A DNA stretch of 64,000 nucleotides from IMG/VR virus record IMGVR_UViG_3300044632_001003, positions 1-64,000 of that record. The stretch is one strand, 5' to 3'. This document shows, piece by piece, positions 53,501 through 59,721 of this stretch. The notes beneath the pieces are model-generated. The model was not told the origin of the DNA. It saw nothing but the letters and a program-made list of their open reading frames with translations, and did no database searches. The translations under genes were made by a program, and so were the position numbers. Each line of letters begins with the position of its first letter. Position 1 is the first letter of the stretch.

Positions 53501-54038
53501 CCAAACCTGGAGCAATAGAATATTTGATTTTATTATAAAATTCTTTTAAAAATAGAGAGCTTAGATTTTGTACAGAAGAATATTGCGTATGTGAAGATGC
53601 GGTTGTTTCTGAAAAAACTAATTCTTCTGGATTATTTGAATCTCTATAACTAGTAATTCCACTAAATCCTCTAACACATCCAGTGAAAGAGTTTGTTGTA
53701 ATTCCAGTATATGTAATAATTTCATCATCAATCTTTAGCAAACCATAATATTGGGGAAATCCCTTTGTACTCAAAACATTGATTGTTGAGCTAGTAGAGG
53801 TGATTGAAGAAGTTATTGAAGTGAATCCAACAATAACTTCTGGAGTTAAGTTGTCAAGATTAATGTAAGAATTAAAATTCTCAGAAATATCCGATGGACC
53901 ACTTGGATATTCTTGAGAAATATAATATTGTTTTAAAAATTCAGATGCCTTTGGGCTTTCATCTAATATGAATGCAGGTAACTGATTTTCAATAATTTGA
54001 TATGCCTTTACCTTTGATTCGATACCAGTTTGAATCAT
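41529..54038 (-). CDS. 7: Baseplate wedge initiator gp7, 4169 aa
   Basis: FYQSKGTEESFKILYKVLY, HSPIIGWAYDGNPIYGPYG, DNDYYQNLSYSVKS, LLHTTG; lies between genes 6 and 8. Confidence 0.9.
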   Translation of the reverse strand: MIQTGIESKVKAYQIIENQLPAFILDESPKASEFLKQYYISQEYPSGPSDISENFNSYINLDNLTPEVIVGFTSITSSITSTSSTINVLSTKGFPQYYGLLKIDDEIITYTGITTNSFTGCVRGFSGITSYRDSNNPEELVFSETTASSHTQYSSVQNLSSLFLKEFYNKIKYSIAPGLENVDFVSDLNVGNFLKEARSFYQSKGTEESFKILYKVLYGVTPKVIDLEQFLFKPSDSEYIRRVIILTEAISGNPNNLVGQTIYSSLDTKTSAAVSEVEILTRKNKVYYKLGLFIGYSDQDLIEGDLTVTANTKVIGDVSIGSSIITVDSTIGFEKSGTAISGNNTIVYTDKTVNQLLNCSGISENISNKDSIRSNQTIFGFENGNLDKKVELKVCSIISNLQMIEDKALNLENEKIYIKHLGDLIKNPSNPNDRTYKQIFANSWVYNTSCTFEVDSFNLSSKVFTLKSDIDSSSLKVNDRVDIINAVTGSVRISNAKVTGIDGGTKEVTLSYVGYTTSTSIPHLLRRIIKKTSSELVPLKYGNDTLFADVQNVYSDDANEFMYVASNSLPSYTFRLDATPSKPSIRVGTASTFIGAATTQSGAIQKELSDDDYSIISFPTSIPFLTGDAVIYSPETTPISGLATGKYFVKVLTDPKQIKLYASNSFIQIDDYITFNPLSPGVGGKHSFVVESKFNKNIEPQKLLRKFPLREVIKDNDGVENDKEFIGMLVNGVEIKNYKSQDKIYYGPLKSISILNSGIDYDVVNPPQIIVSGPPTGSGTTSLVQPVISGSVKEVLVDPQNIELEKVISLSIQGGNGSGCLLEPIVEKTFREVDFDARLLSNFGGVGETAETITFLSNHEFSNGEAVVYKSNGNSPVSIGTYLGSNADQNRFLLENATYFVRVLNNKTVRLYPSFNDYITGINTVGFTTASNTGIHKFRTYLGKKTLKSIKVLDSGSGYQNRKLYVKPVGISTIEHTISFTDHNFKEGDIVEYQYTGTPISGLSTSNRYYIIKKDNDSFRLADAGIGATISTNYTRNIFTKFSNTGSGYHIFKYPDVSVTVNVAYGSTNVGVITCTPIVRGSIVDLYLYESGSGYGSTVLNFERKPNISIKNGKDATLYPVVLAGKIVRVDIRNKGTEYYSTPSLTVVGEGSGAVLRPIINNGQIVNVVVINSGIGYTQSTTSIKVVSAGRNVKLETKVRDLTLNDAKRYGSEYLHPKLNTGLEYCNISYLNELATNEFNDNGSSHSPIIGWAYDGNPIYGPYGYRNPINSAQGIVILKPGYVEDTSVIVDRPSGFVPGFFVEDYKFDNSGDLDIHNGRFCKTPDFPNGTYAYFAGITTDGLYQPKFPYFIGNRFRSLYAENNLDQDFDFSKSDLVRNTYPYKISDEYSQNDFIIEDDSQFNQESIITSIEKGQIKTVEVTKNGIDYKLNDALVFDNSNSNAEGASAVVSSLKGKTITSIASSTIEYSNAVLTWEDKNKARVYITPFHVLNNRDIVSISGLSTFVPKIAGNRQVSISTDRFTVFKDIPSNPVTQSGLVTDIYISTIPNTLSIGSSIGIGTEIMSVLNIFSERKLLRVKRGVSGTSHTTSTLGFVYPNFIEIGLPLQYFDSDLNSKVYFNPNQSVGVGTTSGVGVAVTYSLGELNYQIDIPTQSIYLPDHPFKTNQRLIIRKKSGDPISVSNTETSSPFNLLNSSFEYVYAINKSKDYIGIVTQVGLTTNTKGLFFRTNGSNNFEYSFEPTYNQITCTIQKNDAVVSVSTAHGLIPGDSVTLNVVPNQSVGIGTSTAVKLKFASDIQKLLVNPVGFNSYRVNPALDTINITSHSYKTGDKVYYSASDLVSSGLSTGVYYVYRVDKDNIKLTITYEDSVSNPPVIVSIASTGGSNQALSLVNPKLQPIKGNNLVFDLSDSSLSGYNFNLYSDKDFNNKFVSIANTSIISTIGVGTVGVTSTAKLTLNYSELLPNSLFYNIEKSGYISTADVSVRNYCEISFINSYYNQNYSVVGVGTTTFIVSLSSQPENTLYNQNNTSALEYSTTSKTASGPIDKISVNFSTKTYKTLPGITSIITDNGRDANLFVKSNEIGKVRDIRIIEQSFEYPSDNTLRPEANIPPTIKLKDSLTIDSIEVIDGGRNYSSAPEIVIVDDETGEKVNSGILVPKINSNSISSVEIFESPTGLSFNSKTLFTTNNSNGVGISTIQSSASGIVTCFLTTPLVGFTTNVFNAGDLIFVEGITKNGVGGSGFNSEDYGYTFFTVSSYENLIPAIVRFNLSGYTANPGIADTIQGSYATITKYSNYPKFKVNQKRTEFLVGENLYLNNLPSDLYISAVLKDYIKISGRDSFKESDIVRGTESGSVGTISEIIHSRGKFNVGYGVTASLGWKTNSGQLNNDIQVLPDNDYYQNLSYSVKSTIQYKDSIDTINRLLHTTGLKNFVDTEIISNKKVSIGSTSVDGLIIYDVSEDKRVDTIYGFALSKDTSTQNGTSKFLKTFNKKFVDGLICKTNRVLSIDDVSDQFTNKENVSDTFIDLDEYTDSFARFLVQIRNTSGTQIALYELLLMYDNNQESVFTLRKGYLSNTGLGITFSPGFETDALTTIWKEEEFADVTGNIDTFDVLSLRFTPNDPYDTDYDIKFIKEVLNPNVVGVASTSIGLVKNLSTNTLVSAGSTATIFEYPANQYDAVHSMFHISNLNDNTMNFVEVYLSHDGTNTYLADYYFDSNSSEGISFNDFGEFDASLVGGTLTLKYTNPTTSQVRVLTNAVGFGSTSAGIGTIRFINDFQPEGTERSAKYQSNYVVGTGVTTILTCTSSEITSIKSLVSVSYGSTYALHQILTINADGTDVFSTQYPFLSVGSTTGIGTFGADISSGNVRVRFFPDASVTGIVTIKSYNEIIYTDLDLENSYPEITYGFNRTQSIGIGLFDSFNSKRINKTEFELEYNNTPIFTKEFNPQDSSILNPATGKFTIPNHFFSTGEALIYKPGSTIAGVSSAPVGIGLTADSVGVVTNRLPYRVWAIKDNNTEFRIATRPEYATAGISVTFTTLGSGNAHIFEMVKKNEKTIIAVDDVIQSPLAWTPIVYTVDGNGGFIGTGETVFSISGISSIVTGDIIRVEDEYMKVAGVGLGTTSTGPISTGMIKLVNVERGFVGTVATSHMDASTARVYKGSYNIVGNKVFFTDPPKGSGLVTLDDSGLPRPFSKFNGRVFLRQNYENNLIYDDISQDFTGIGQTFRLTIAGVNTSGIETGSGLVLINGLFQTPTTVNNAGNNFLYGESAGISSITFTGITSTDGTKVTSISDVNQNQFPRGGLIVSLGSTNGLGFAPLVGASVTAVVGAGGSIVSVGLGSTDILGSGYNGLTAIGVSVYQPGHTGVAASIRANVGAGGSLSFTVIVGGNGYTANPDILVSEPTYENLQITGVSRLGIGSTTTTGLNALISLEVGPNSNPITSGRNADAARLILANKTLIGEVAVGRMLAAFPAFTVPGGNQNCIDDIVDVLECITYNLQYGGNDSVYDAGKIYIDNAYLAGEEAESIYAFQQARDMAIQAMRNESITIGGYSSETQVFDYTIEGDISELPGVYNPGDCADVASAITTFVGIVTYAVGLGTIPGSRTIAPGSLFEVSKFIINRPGYAFEIGDVFKPVGLVTAKGLVSPVADFQLTVLDVYYDKFASWQFGQLDFIDSIKPLQNGTRSVFPLRYNSELVSFEKDEKNNDSALIDLDAVLLVFLNGVLQEPKSAYIFDGGSSIQFISAPKVEDNISIFFYNGTRGVDSEQTDILETIKIGDSVFVNRANGISTSLSQISQRTVYDIPTSDTLETDLYQNIGIDEFNYRSIDWSKQKRDLIINGDIVYKDRDSLEGQIYPTARVIKTIQSGDNEIFVDNARFFNYEEDESSINIPSFDALIIEDKSPVAAAISATVSVAGTISGLTITNAGFGYTTATVSVKFSAPKRSSVGVGTTAGPQNSTSIASATATIVNGSVSSVTLVKPGFGYTSTNPPQILVEQPKVISELVKDISIVQGFSGIITGITTTAGIGTALALKFFVNAYTDLQVGYHIFVSGTNVGSGVTSIYSNNNDVIGVGTQYVDNIYRVSALPALNEIVCNIRSNTVTTGIQTLGTSIYNPNGYYSWGRLSSLSRASNPISIGVSGRTINSGLSTFPTIQRRGYGLRDNGAIRKILPD

Positions 54039-54039
54039 A

Positions 54040-55947
54040 TTATCCTCTCTTTAGCTCTCCGTTTGAATAACTTGAAGTTACTTTAAATCCTACTCCTGAA
54101 ATCTTCTCACCAGAAGAAATAGTATCCTTTACCATATTTATGGTGCTCTTTGAAACATCAAAATCCAAATACAAATCTTTTAATCCAATAACATCATTCG
54201 ATTCTGGATATGCTTGAATCTCAATAATATTGTTTTCTAGTTCAGTTTCTGTAATAACTGTAGTTGAAAGCATTATTTCTCCAGTAACATAATCAACAGT
54301 TCCAGCAGATTTAATAATTACTCTATTTGTATTATTTTCTTTGATTTGCTTTACGATTGATAAAATTCCAGTCTTCTTATCTGCATTTGGAACATCTGTT
54401 AAATAAACTGTTTCCAATTCTCCAGAAATTTTAAATCCAGTGGATTTAATATTAAATCCAGCAGAATCCACATGGAAAGCATTTCCAAAGCAAAGTTCAT
54501 ATTGAGCAGATTGATTAACTAATGCTTTTAAATTCCTTCTAATTCTTACTCGGGTAATATTTGAAGTAATTGATCTATCTACATTATCAATTACATTCAA
54601 AATTTTACTATACTTAAATCTACCACCAAACTTATTAACCTCAACAGAATTAGAATAAGATTGTAGTGAATTGGTAATATTAGTTTTTAAATCATTGACA
54701 TTATTAACTTGTGAAGAATTATAATAGACATATGAATCAATCTCAACATAAAGAACCTTCAGATCTATAATTTTTTGATTGATACCTGTCAGTGAATAAT
54801 TTTTTAATCGACTTAAAATAAAATCTTTATCGAAGTCAGATATAAAATCTCCATTTTTTGGTTTAATACTTATCTGAACTGTTCCAAATTGAGGTGGATT
54901 TAATTCTTCACCCCCAACAACAGATACTGATTCTGTATTTGGATAGATTGATTGAATAATCGCTTCATAATCTCTAGCTGTTACTGCCCTATATTGTGCT
55001 GAGTACAATCTTGGTGCAAAATATTTAATTGATTCTACTGGTTCAATGCTTGTTCCATTAGAAGACTTATTAACTGTAGTTAAGGTTGTAGAAGATACCG
55101 TTGCAGATCCTCCTAGAGAATCAACAAATGTACCTGCAAAAGCAAAATTTGTAGCTCCATTCCCCTCTTCACCATCAGTAACAATATAAGTTACTGTGAT
55201 GATTGTGCCATTTTCAAGTTTTTTACCAAAGTAACCATCACCAAAAAGTAATTCATACTTCTCATCCTGTATCTCTTGAATTAAATAAATTTCAGAAGTT
55301 GAATTAATGCTCAGAATATTATCAACTCTTTGATATTCTCTACCTACCCCTGTATCTGATGTACCTTTTACTTTAACTATAATAGTCTGAGTATCAATAT
55401 ATGAGTTATCTAAGATAAATCTTTGGTCTAAACTACCATCAACTGTAAAGGTCTTTTTCAGTAAAGTTCCTTGGTAAATCTCAATTGGTTCGTCAGCAGT
55501 TCCAAAAGTTGCTGTCTGATTTGTGACTGTGGTAGTTATATTTTCTGGGATTGAAAAGATATATGAATTCTCATTTGATGCCGTTCCAACGCACACAGGA
55601 CCCCTTGCTTCAAGAGTTAGGGTAGGGCTGGTGAATGAACTACTAACGCCCACCTGAAGCGTTACAGACGCTCTGGAGCATGTCCTAGAGCGAGGAACAT
55701 ATCCTATCGTTCTGGCAAGAGATACGACGTTTTCACGAAGAGTTGCTGAGTCAAGAAATGCCTCATTGGCTGCCATATTCGTGTTAAATGCATTAATATA
55801 AGTGTTATATGCTAGGGCATTTAACAAGACAGAGAAATTAGAACCTTCAAAATCAAAGTCCGTGAAGTTGCTGTTCGCACGGAGATAATCCTTGATTGAA
55901 GTCTTGATTTGATCGAAGTCTAGATTCGTAAATTTAGTGAAAGGCAT
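54040..55947 (-). CDS. 6: Baseplate wedge gp6
   Basis: LDFDQIK, DFDFEGSNFSVLL, QYRAVTARDYE. Confidence 0.95.
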   Translation of the reverse strand: MPFTKFTNLDFDQIKTSIKDYLRANSNFTDFDFEGSNFSVLLNALAYNTYINAFNTNMAANEAFLDSATLRENVVSLARTIGYVPRSRTCSRASVTLQVGVSSSFTSPTLTLEARGPVCVGTASNENSYIFSIPENITTTVTNQTATFGTADEPIEIYQGTLLKKTFTVDGSLDQRFILDNSYIDTQTIIVKVKGTSDTGVGREYQRVDNILSINSTSEIYLIQEIQDEKYELLFGDGYFGKKLENGTIITVTYIVTDGEEGNGATNFAFAGTFVDSLGGSATVSSTTLTTVNKSSNGTSIEPVESIKYFAPRLYSAQYRAVTARDYEAIIQSIYPNTESVSVVGGEELNPPQFGTVQISIKPKNGDFISDFDKDFILSRLKNYSLTGINQKIIDLKVLYVEIDSYVYYNSSQVNNVNDLKTNITNSLQSYSNSVEVNKFGGRFKYSKILNVIDNVDRSITSNITRVRIRRNLKALVNQSAQYELCFGNAFHVDSAGFNIKSTGFKISGELETVYLTDVPNADKKTGILSIVKQIKENNTNRVIIKSAGTVDYVTGEIMLSTTVITETELENNIIEIQAYPESNDVIGLKDLYLDFDVSKSTINMVKDTISSGEKISGVGFKVTSSYSNGELKRG

Positions 55948-55948
55948 T

Positions 55949-56350
55949 TTATCTTGCTGCCTCTAATATAAATGTGTATTCTTGTGTTGGTATTTCTTGA
56001 CCAATAATATCAAAATTAACGGTTACTTCAAAAGCATTATCATCTGGTCTTGCTTCTACAATAACAACTAAATTAGAAATTCTTGGTTCATAATTAGAAA
56101 TTGCTTCTGCAATTTCATTTTCAAGAACTGATGCTGTACCTGCATCAACAAATTCAAATAATGTAGAATAAACGTCAGATCCAAAGAGAGAGTCAAAAAA
56201 TCTCTCTCCTTGGATCGTTTCAACAATATTTCTCACTGAGCGACGAATAGCAGCTTCATTTTTCAATACAGGCAAGTCCTTTGTAACAGGGTGAGGTTCA
56301 AAGGACAAACTTATATCTTTAAATCCGCGTGAAATGCGTTGAACTGCCAT
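55949..56350 (-). CDS. 25: Baseplate wedge gp25
   Basis: FKDISLSF, IRRSVRNIVET..GERFF...FG, YEPRI. Confidence 0.95.
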   Translation of the reverse strand: MAVQRISRGFKDISLSFEPHPVTKDLPVLKNEAAIRRSVRNIVETIQGERFFDSLFGSDVYSTLFEFVDAGTASVLENEIAEAISNYEPRISNLVVIVEARPDDNAFEVTVNFDIIGQEIPTQEYTFILEAAR

Positions 56351-56371
56351 TTAATGATTATTTCTTCACTT

Positions 56372-56379
56372 TATTTATA
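56372..56379 (-). promoter_or_regulatory. Late promoter TATAAATA heading the baseplate operon
   Basis: Exact consensus 21 nt upstream of gene 25. Confidence 0.8.
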
Positions 56380-56380
56380 C

Positions 56381-56626
56381 CTATTGCCAGGGAGAACCAT
56401 AGTTTGGTTCTGTTCCATATTCCCAATCATCGTAACTTTCATCATTTCGAATTTTCTTATGTAAATCACTCTGTTCTTTAAGATGATGTTTTTTTCCAAG
56501 TTCATCATGCATAATTTCTTGAATGACTTTTGGTTTTTCAGTTGAAGAATAATCTGTAACCAATTTAGTTGTACCCCACATGTGGTACATGTAATTTTCG
56601 TCTCTATCTACTGGTAGATTTGACAT
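56381..56626 (-). CDS. Hypothetical protein
   Basis: ORF track; SD AGGAG upstream. Confidence 0.7.
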   Translation of the reverse strand: MSNLPVDRDENYMYHMWGTTKLVTDYSSTEKPKVIQEIMHDELGKKHHLKEQSDLHKKIRNDESYDDWEYGTEPNYGSPWQ

Positions 56627-56693
56627 TTTAGCTCCTGTTTTAATGAATAAAACAGAACTTTTATAAAGGAGGTTGCTATCTCCTTGTTTTTAT

Positions 56694-57035
56694 TTAACGA
56701 TCTATCTCTCTAATCTTATAATCATCCGAATTTAAGTATTTTAAAATCTCTAAAGCAATTAATTTTGGGTTTCCTTCACCACAAGTATAGACATCTACAG
56801 CAATGCACCCATTTTCTGGCCAAGTATGGCAAGAAACATGACTTTCTGATAGGGCAATCACGACCGTACATCCTTGTGGAAGGAAACAATGTGAAAAAAT
56901 GTTTAAAATTGTCATTTTTGCTCTCTTTACTCCACTCTCCATCGCATTTTGGAGTGAAGTAACATCATTTAAAAGAGAGAAATCAACACCATGCACCTCT
57001 AACAGCAGGTGCTTGCCCATCGAAAAGTGTTCCAA
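56694..57035 (-). CDS. speD: Pyruvoyl-dependent S-adenosylmethionine decarboxylase family proenzyme
   Basis: GKHLLLE, self-cleavage motif LSESHVSCHTWPE, VDVYTCG; start is TTG 57035 or ATG 57020. Confidence 0.9.
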   Translation of the reverse strand: MEHFSMGKHLLLEVHGVDFSLLNDVTSLQNAMESGVKRAKMTILNIFSHCFLPQGCTVVIALSESHVSCHTWPENGCIAVDVYTCGEGNPKLIALEILKYLNSDDYKIREIDR

Positions 57036-57058
57036 TTCAGTTTTAGCAACAAAAAATG

Positions 57059-57065
57059 TATTTAT
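57059..57065 (-). promoter_or_regulatory. Late promoter ATAAATA upstream of speD
   Basis: Motif right after the upstream stop codon. Confidence 0.55.
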
Positions 57066-57572
57066 TTACGATTTCCAGTGGTTATTTGGTTGCTCCCACC
57101 AAAAATGAAGGTCCTCTACAGTGTCGTCATAGTACAAACTGACAAAATCACTCTTGAAAGCACTATGAACGTTCTCACAGAGGGCAACTGTATAGATGTT
57201 TCCACCTGTCATACGACTCATGATCTCTGTAATCCAGGTATAATTACCTCCACGAATGACTCCTGCTTCAATCAAGACGAAATTATCCCATCTTGTCTGC
57301 CATTTCATGAAGTTTTGAGTAAATTCTAACTTATAATCACGTACCTCTTCATCAGGGAAAGGTACATTAACTGCTTCAATATGAAAAATCTCCCCATCCA
57401 TGGTCAATGAATGAGAGAGATGTTGTGTAACGATTGCTGAGTAGTCAGGAGAGACCATTAGAAAGCAAGTATTAGACGGATGAATGTCTAAATTTGCCAT
57501 TTTGAGTCTATAGGTCATCTCCTGAATTAAAGACTTTTCCTTATCTTCCGAGATAAAGAGGAGTTGTTTCAT
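57066..57572 (-). CDS. Type I phosphoribosyltransferase-fold protein with atypical PRPP loop
   Basis: FVLIEAGVIRGGNY at the position of VLIVDDxxxTGxT; N-terminal IS.....LI helix; C-terminal DF...HFWWE as in purine PRTases. Confidence 0.6.
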   Translation of the reverse strand: MKQLLFISEDKEKSLIQEMTYRLKMANLDIHPSNTCFLMVSPDYSAIVTQHLSHSLTMDGEIFHIEAVNVPFPDEEVRDYKLEFTQNFMKWQTRWDNFVLIEAGVIRGGNYTWITEIMSRMTGGNIYTVALCENVHSAFKSDFVSLYYDDTVEDLHFWWEQPNNHWKS

Positions 57573-57724
57573 CCTTTTCCTTGTCCTCTATACTTTTTAC
57601 GAGCCGAGTTACGCGAGGTAGCGGCATATTTAGTTCCTCCACCTTGTCCTTGCCGAGATCTTTTAGGAGGACCTGGAATATAAGTCTTACCTTTACTTAA
57701 TCCGCCTACTTTGGGTTTTGCCAT
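57569..57724 (-). CDS. Small basic G/K/R-rich protein, 51 aa, ending KKYRGQGKG
   Basis: Hand-translated; ATGA overlap with the downstream gene. Confidence 0.7.
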   Translation of the reverse strand: MAKPKVGGLSKGKTYIPGPPKRSRQGQGGGTKYAATSRNSARKKYRGQGKG

Positions 57725-57896
57725 ATCGTGTGACTCCTATAATTTCAGTTTCAAGTTCGTCGGGACTTGGAGAACCTGTCTGATAGAATTGAATCGCCAG
57801 GCCCTCCATAATATCGAAGTACTCTTCCTCTGTGAGGTCTGAGTAAATCTTACGACCTTTACAAAGTATATTGTAAGTTTCGTAAGTTTCTTCCAT
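57693..57896 (-). CDS. Hypothetical protein, 67 aa
   Basis: ORF track 57693..57977; start moved to MEETYETY after the upstream stop. Confidence 0.65.
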   Translation of the reverse strand: MEETYETYNILCKGRKIYSDLTEEEYFDIMEGLAIQFYQTGSPSPDELETEIIGVTRYGKTQSRRIK

Positions 57897-57900
57897 TGTA

Positions 57901-58656
57901 TCAGATGATGCGGGATTTTTCATGGCCAACACGAATACGAGGATCACACCAGATTTCAAATCCTGCCTCTTTTGCATCTAGACAGAATGAAACGTCCTCA
58001 CCGCACATATCCTGCACTTCTCCTGATTCGAAGACTTGCATCTTGGGTGCGAACCAGGGATACTTCATTTCAGGGTGCTCAAAGACACCGTGCTTAATCA
58101 GCAACCATCCGAAACCAGTGTAATCAACAGTGAAGGGACTACGACGCTTTTGAATGCTGTCAAGAGTTTCATGATTCATCACGCCACCATTGGAGCGGAA
58201 GTCATCTTCTTCCAGCCAATGTGCAACTGATGTAGTGTGACCATCTTCAGTACAATACCAACCAGCAGCGATATCTTGCTCCATCAGAACGAGTTGATAG
58301 AACTTCTCTGTATTGAAGACAATATCAGAGTCAATCCAAAGTTGCCAATCATATTGTAGTTTTCCATCCCAAGGAAGTTGGTCTGGACCACGAAGAACGT
58401 TTGCACCAAGACACTTACAGCGGGCGAAATTCACCATTGAACTGTAGTCTTGGGAAATTTGAATACTTGCACCTGCTTGTACAAGATCGAAACAGAGTTG
58501 TACAAATGCTTTCAGAAAGATATAAGATACCCCACGTCCAGGCAGACAAAAGACTACGGTTTTACCTCTGACTAGTTCTTTTGCCTTATCATAATCCCAC
58601 TCAGGTTCTTGAGACTTAACAGGTGTTTTTGCTTTTACTGTGAATCCTTTAGCCAT
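57901..58656 (-). CDS. GT-A fold (GT2-like) glycosyltransferase
   Basis: WIDSD (DxD motif), TGFGWLLIK, GEDVSFC, RVGH. Confidence 0.8.
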   Translation of the reverse strand: MAKGFTVKAKTPVKSQEPEWDYDKAKELVRGKTVVFCLPGRGVSYIFLKAFVQLCFDLVQAGASIQISQDYSSMVNFARCKCLGANVLRGPDQLPWDGKLQYDWQLWIDSDIVFNTEKFYQLVLMEQDIAAGWYCTEDGHTTSVAHWLEEDDFRSNGGVMNHETLDSIQKRRSPFTVDYTGFGWLLIKHGVFEHPEMKYPWFAPKMQVFESGEVQDMCGEDVSFCLDAKEAGFEIWCDPRIRVGHEKSRII

Positions 58657-58679
58657 AATTGTGTTGAGTTTTCAATCGA

Positions 58680-58708
58680 ATCATAACATATTATATAGAG
58701 ACTGTCAA
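58680..58708 (-). promoter_or_regulatory. Canonical sigma70 promoter for the glycosyltransferase operon
   Basis: TTGACA-N17-TATGAT. Confidence 0.75.
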
Positions 58709-58881
58709 TGAGAAGAGATTGTGAATTCTTCATAACTTAAGTCCTCTACATTATACTCTGTTTGAATCAATCCGACCATATGTGTTAAGGTACTCCAAGT
58801 TGAAGAAAAGTCCTCTTCCGCCACCGAATCAAACAAACACTTATCCTTAGCGTAGATACGATATCTTTTTAGATTAGCCAT
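58705..58881 (-). CDS. Hypothetical protein, 58 aa
   Basis: Hand-translated MANLKRYRIYAKDKCLFDSVAEEDF...; overlaps the upstream stop. Confidence 0.65.
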   Translation of the reverse strand: MANLKRYRIYAKDKCLFDSVAEEDFSSTWSTLTHMVGLIQTEYNVEDLSYEEFTISSH

Positions 58882-59053
58882 TTTTTGCGTCTTCTGTAAT
58901 GATTAACTCATTCCCTTCGATAGTTAATCTTACAGAAGTATCTTCATACCACTCCAATTCATTAACTACAGATTCTGGTAAAGTGATATAATATTCTCCC
59001 GTAATTGGATCGACCTGTACAGACTGAAAATTTTCCGCGAAATTTTTTTTCAT
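58874..59053 (-). CDS. AbrB/MazE/SpoVT-like DNA-binding protein, 59 aa
   Basis: Hand-translated; swapped-hairpin pattern YYITLPESVVNELEWYEDTSVRLTIEGNELII. Confidence 0.7.
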   Translation of the reverse strand: MKKNFAENFQSVQVDPITGEYYITLPESVVNELEWYEDTSVRLTIEGNELIITEDAKNG

Positions 59054-59240
59054 CTCATGTAAATTGATTCCTAATTTTCATTTATATAGGAATCGATAGA
59101 TCTCTCGCGTTTTCAAAGTTTTGTAGGTTAGGGGGACCCATTGATTTTATATAGGGGGGGGGTAACGCTTAACGCGCCCGCGAGGGCGCACCCCCCGCGC
59201 AGGGGGACTGCTGCCCCACGCACGAACGCACAGGGGGGCG

Positions 59241-59432
59241 TCACCGCCACTGCACCCCCCGCCCCTCATCAGCGTGTGCCTCAGCGTACTGGGCGGCGAT
59301 GGTGGTGGCGGGCAGTCCCCAGTGAATGTAGGAGGAGGGGCGGGAACCGTTCTTCAACTGGTCAGCGCGGGAGATCCATTTGATTTGGCGGGTCTCCAGG
59401 TCAGAGCACATGGCGAGCGGGAAGATGGTCAT
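59241..59432 (-). CDS. Cassette gene A, hypothetical 63 aa
   Basis: Start MTIFPL set by the cassette leader; -10 TACACT at 59461-59456. Confidence 0.7.
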   Translation of the reverse strand: MTIFPLAMCSDLETRQIKWISRADQLKNGSRPSSYIHWGLPATTIAAQYAEAHADEGRGVQWR

Positions 59433-59493
59433 GGGGTGTCGGTTGAACTGCTGATAGTGTAGCACGTACCGTGGCACACGAACGGGGTAGGGG

Positions 59494-59682
59494 TCAATAC
59501 CCCAACCACACCAGGAACTCACCCGTATCGACAGGACCGAAGCGGGCGGTCACCCCATAGTCGGTGCGGAAGTCATCCCACAGACCGTGCTCCTTTGCTG
59601 CCTGGCAGGCGGTGCTCCAGGGGATGGTCCCGTTGCTGGGGTCGGTGCAGTTCCAGAGGATGTCGGAGAATGTGGCGTTCAT
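59494..59682 (-). CDS. Cassette gene B, hypothetical 62 aa
   Basis: ORF track; TACAAT plus leader. Confidence 0.75.
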   Translation of the reverse strand: MNATFSDILWNCTDPSNGTIPWSTACQAAKEHGLWDDFRTDYGVTARFGPVDTGEFLVWLGY

Positions 59683-59721
59683 CGGGTCGGTTGGTTGAAC
59701 TGAGAGAATTGTAGCACGGGG

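Noticed and set aside
9969-56000. Many 60-180 aa plus-strand and off-frame ORFs inside structural genes
   Set aside because: They overlap well-supported T4 core genes and show shadow-type compositions (S/I/F-rich).
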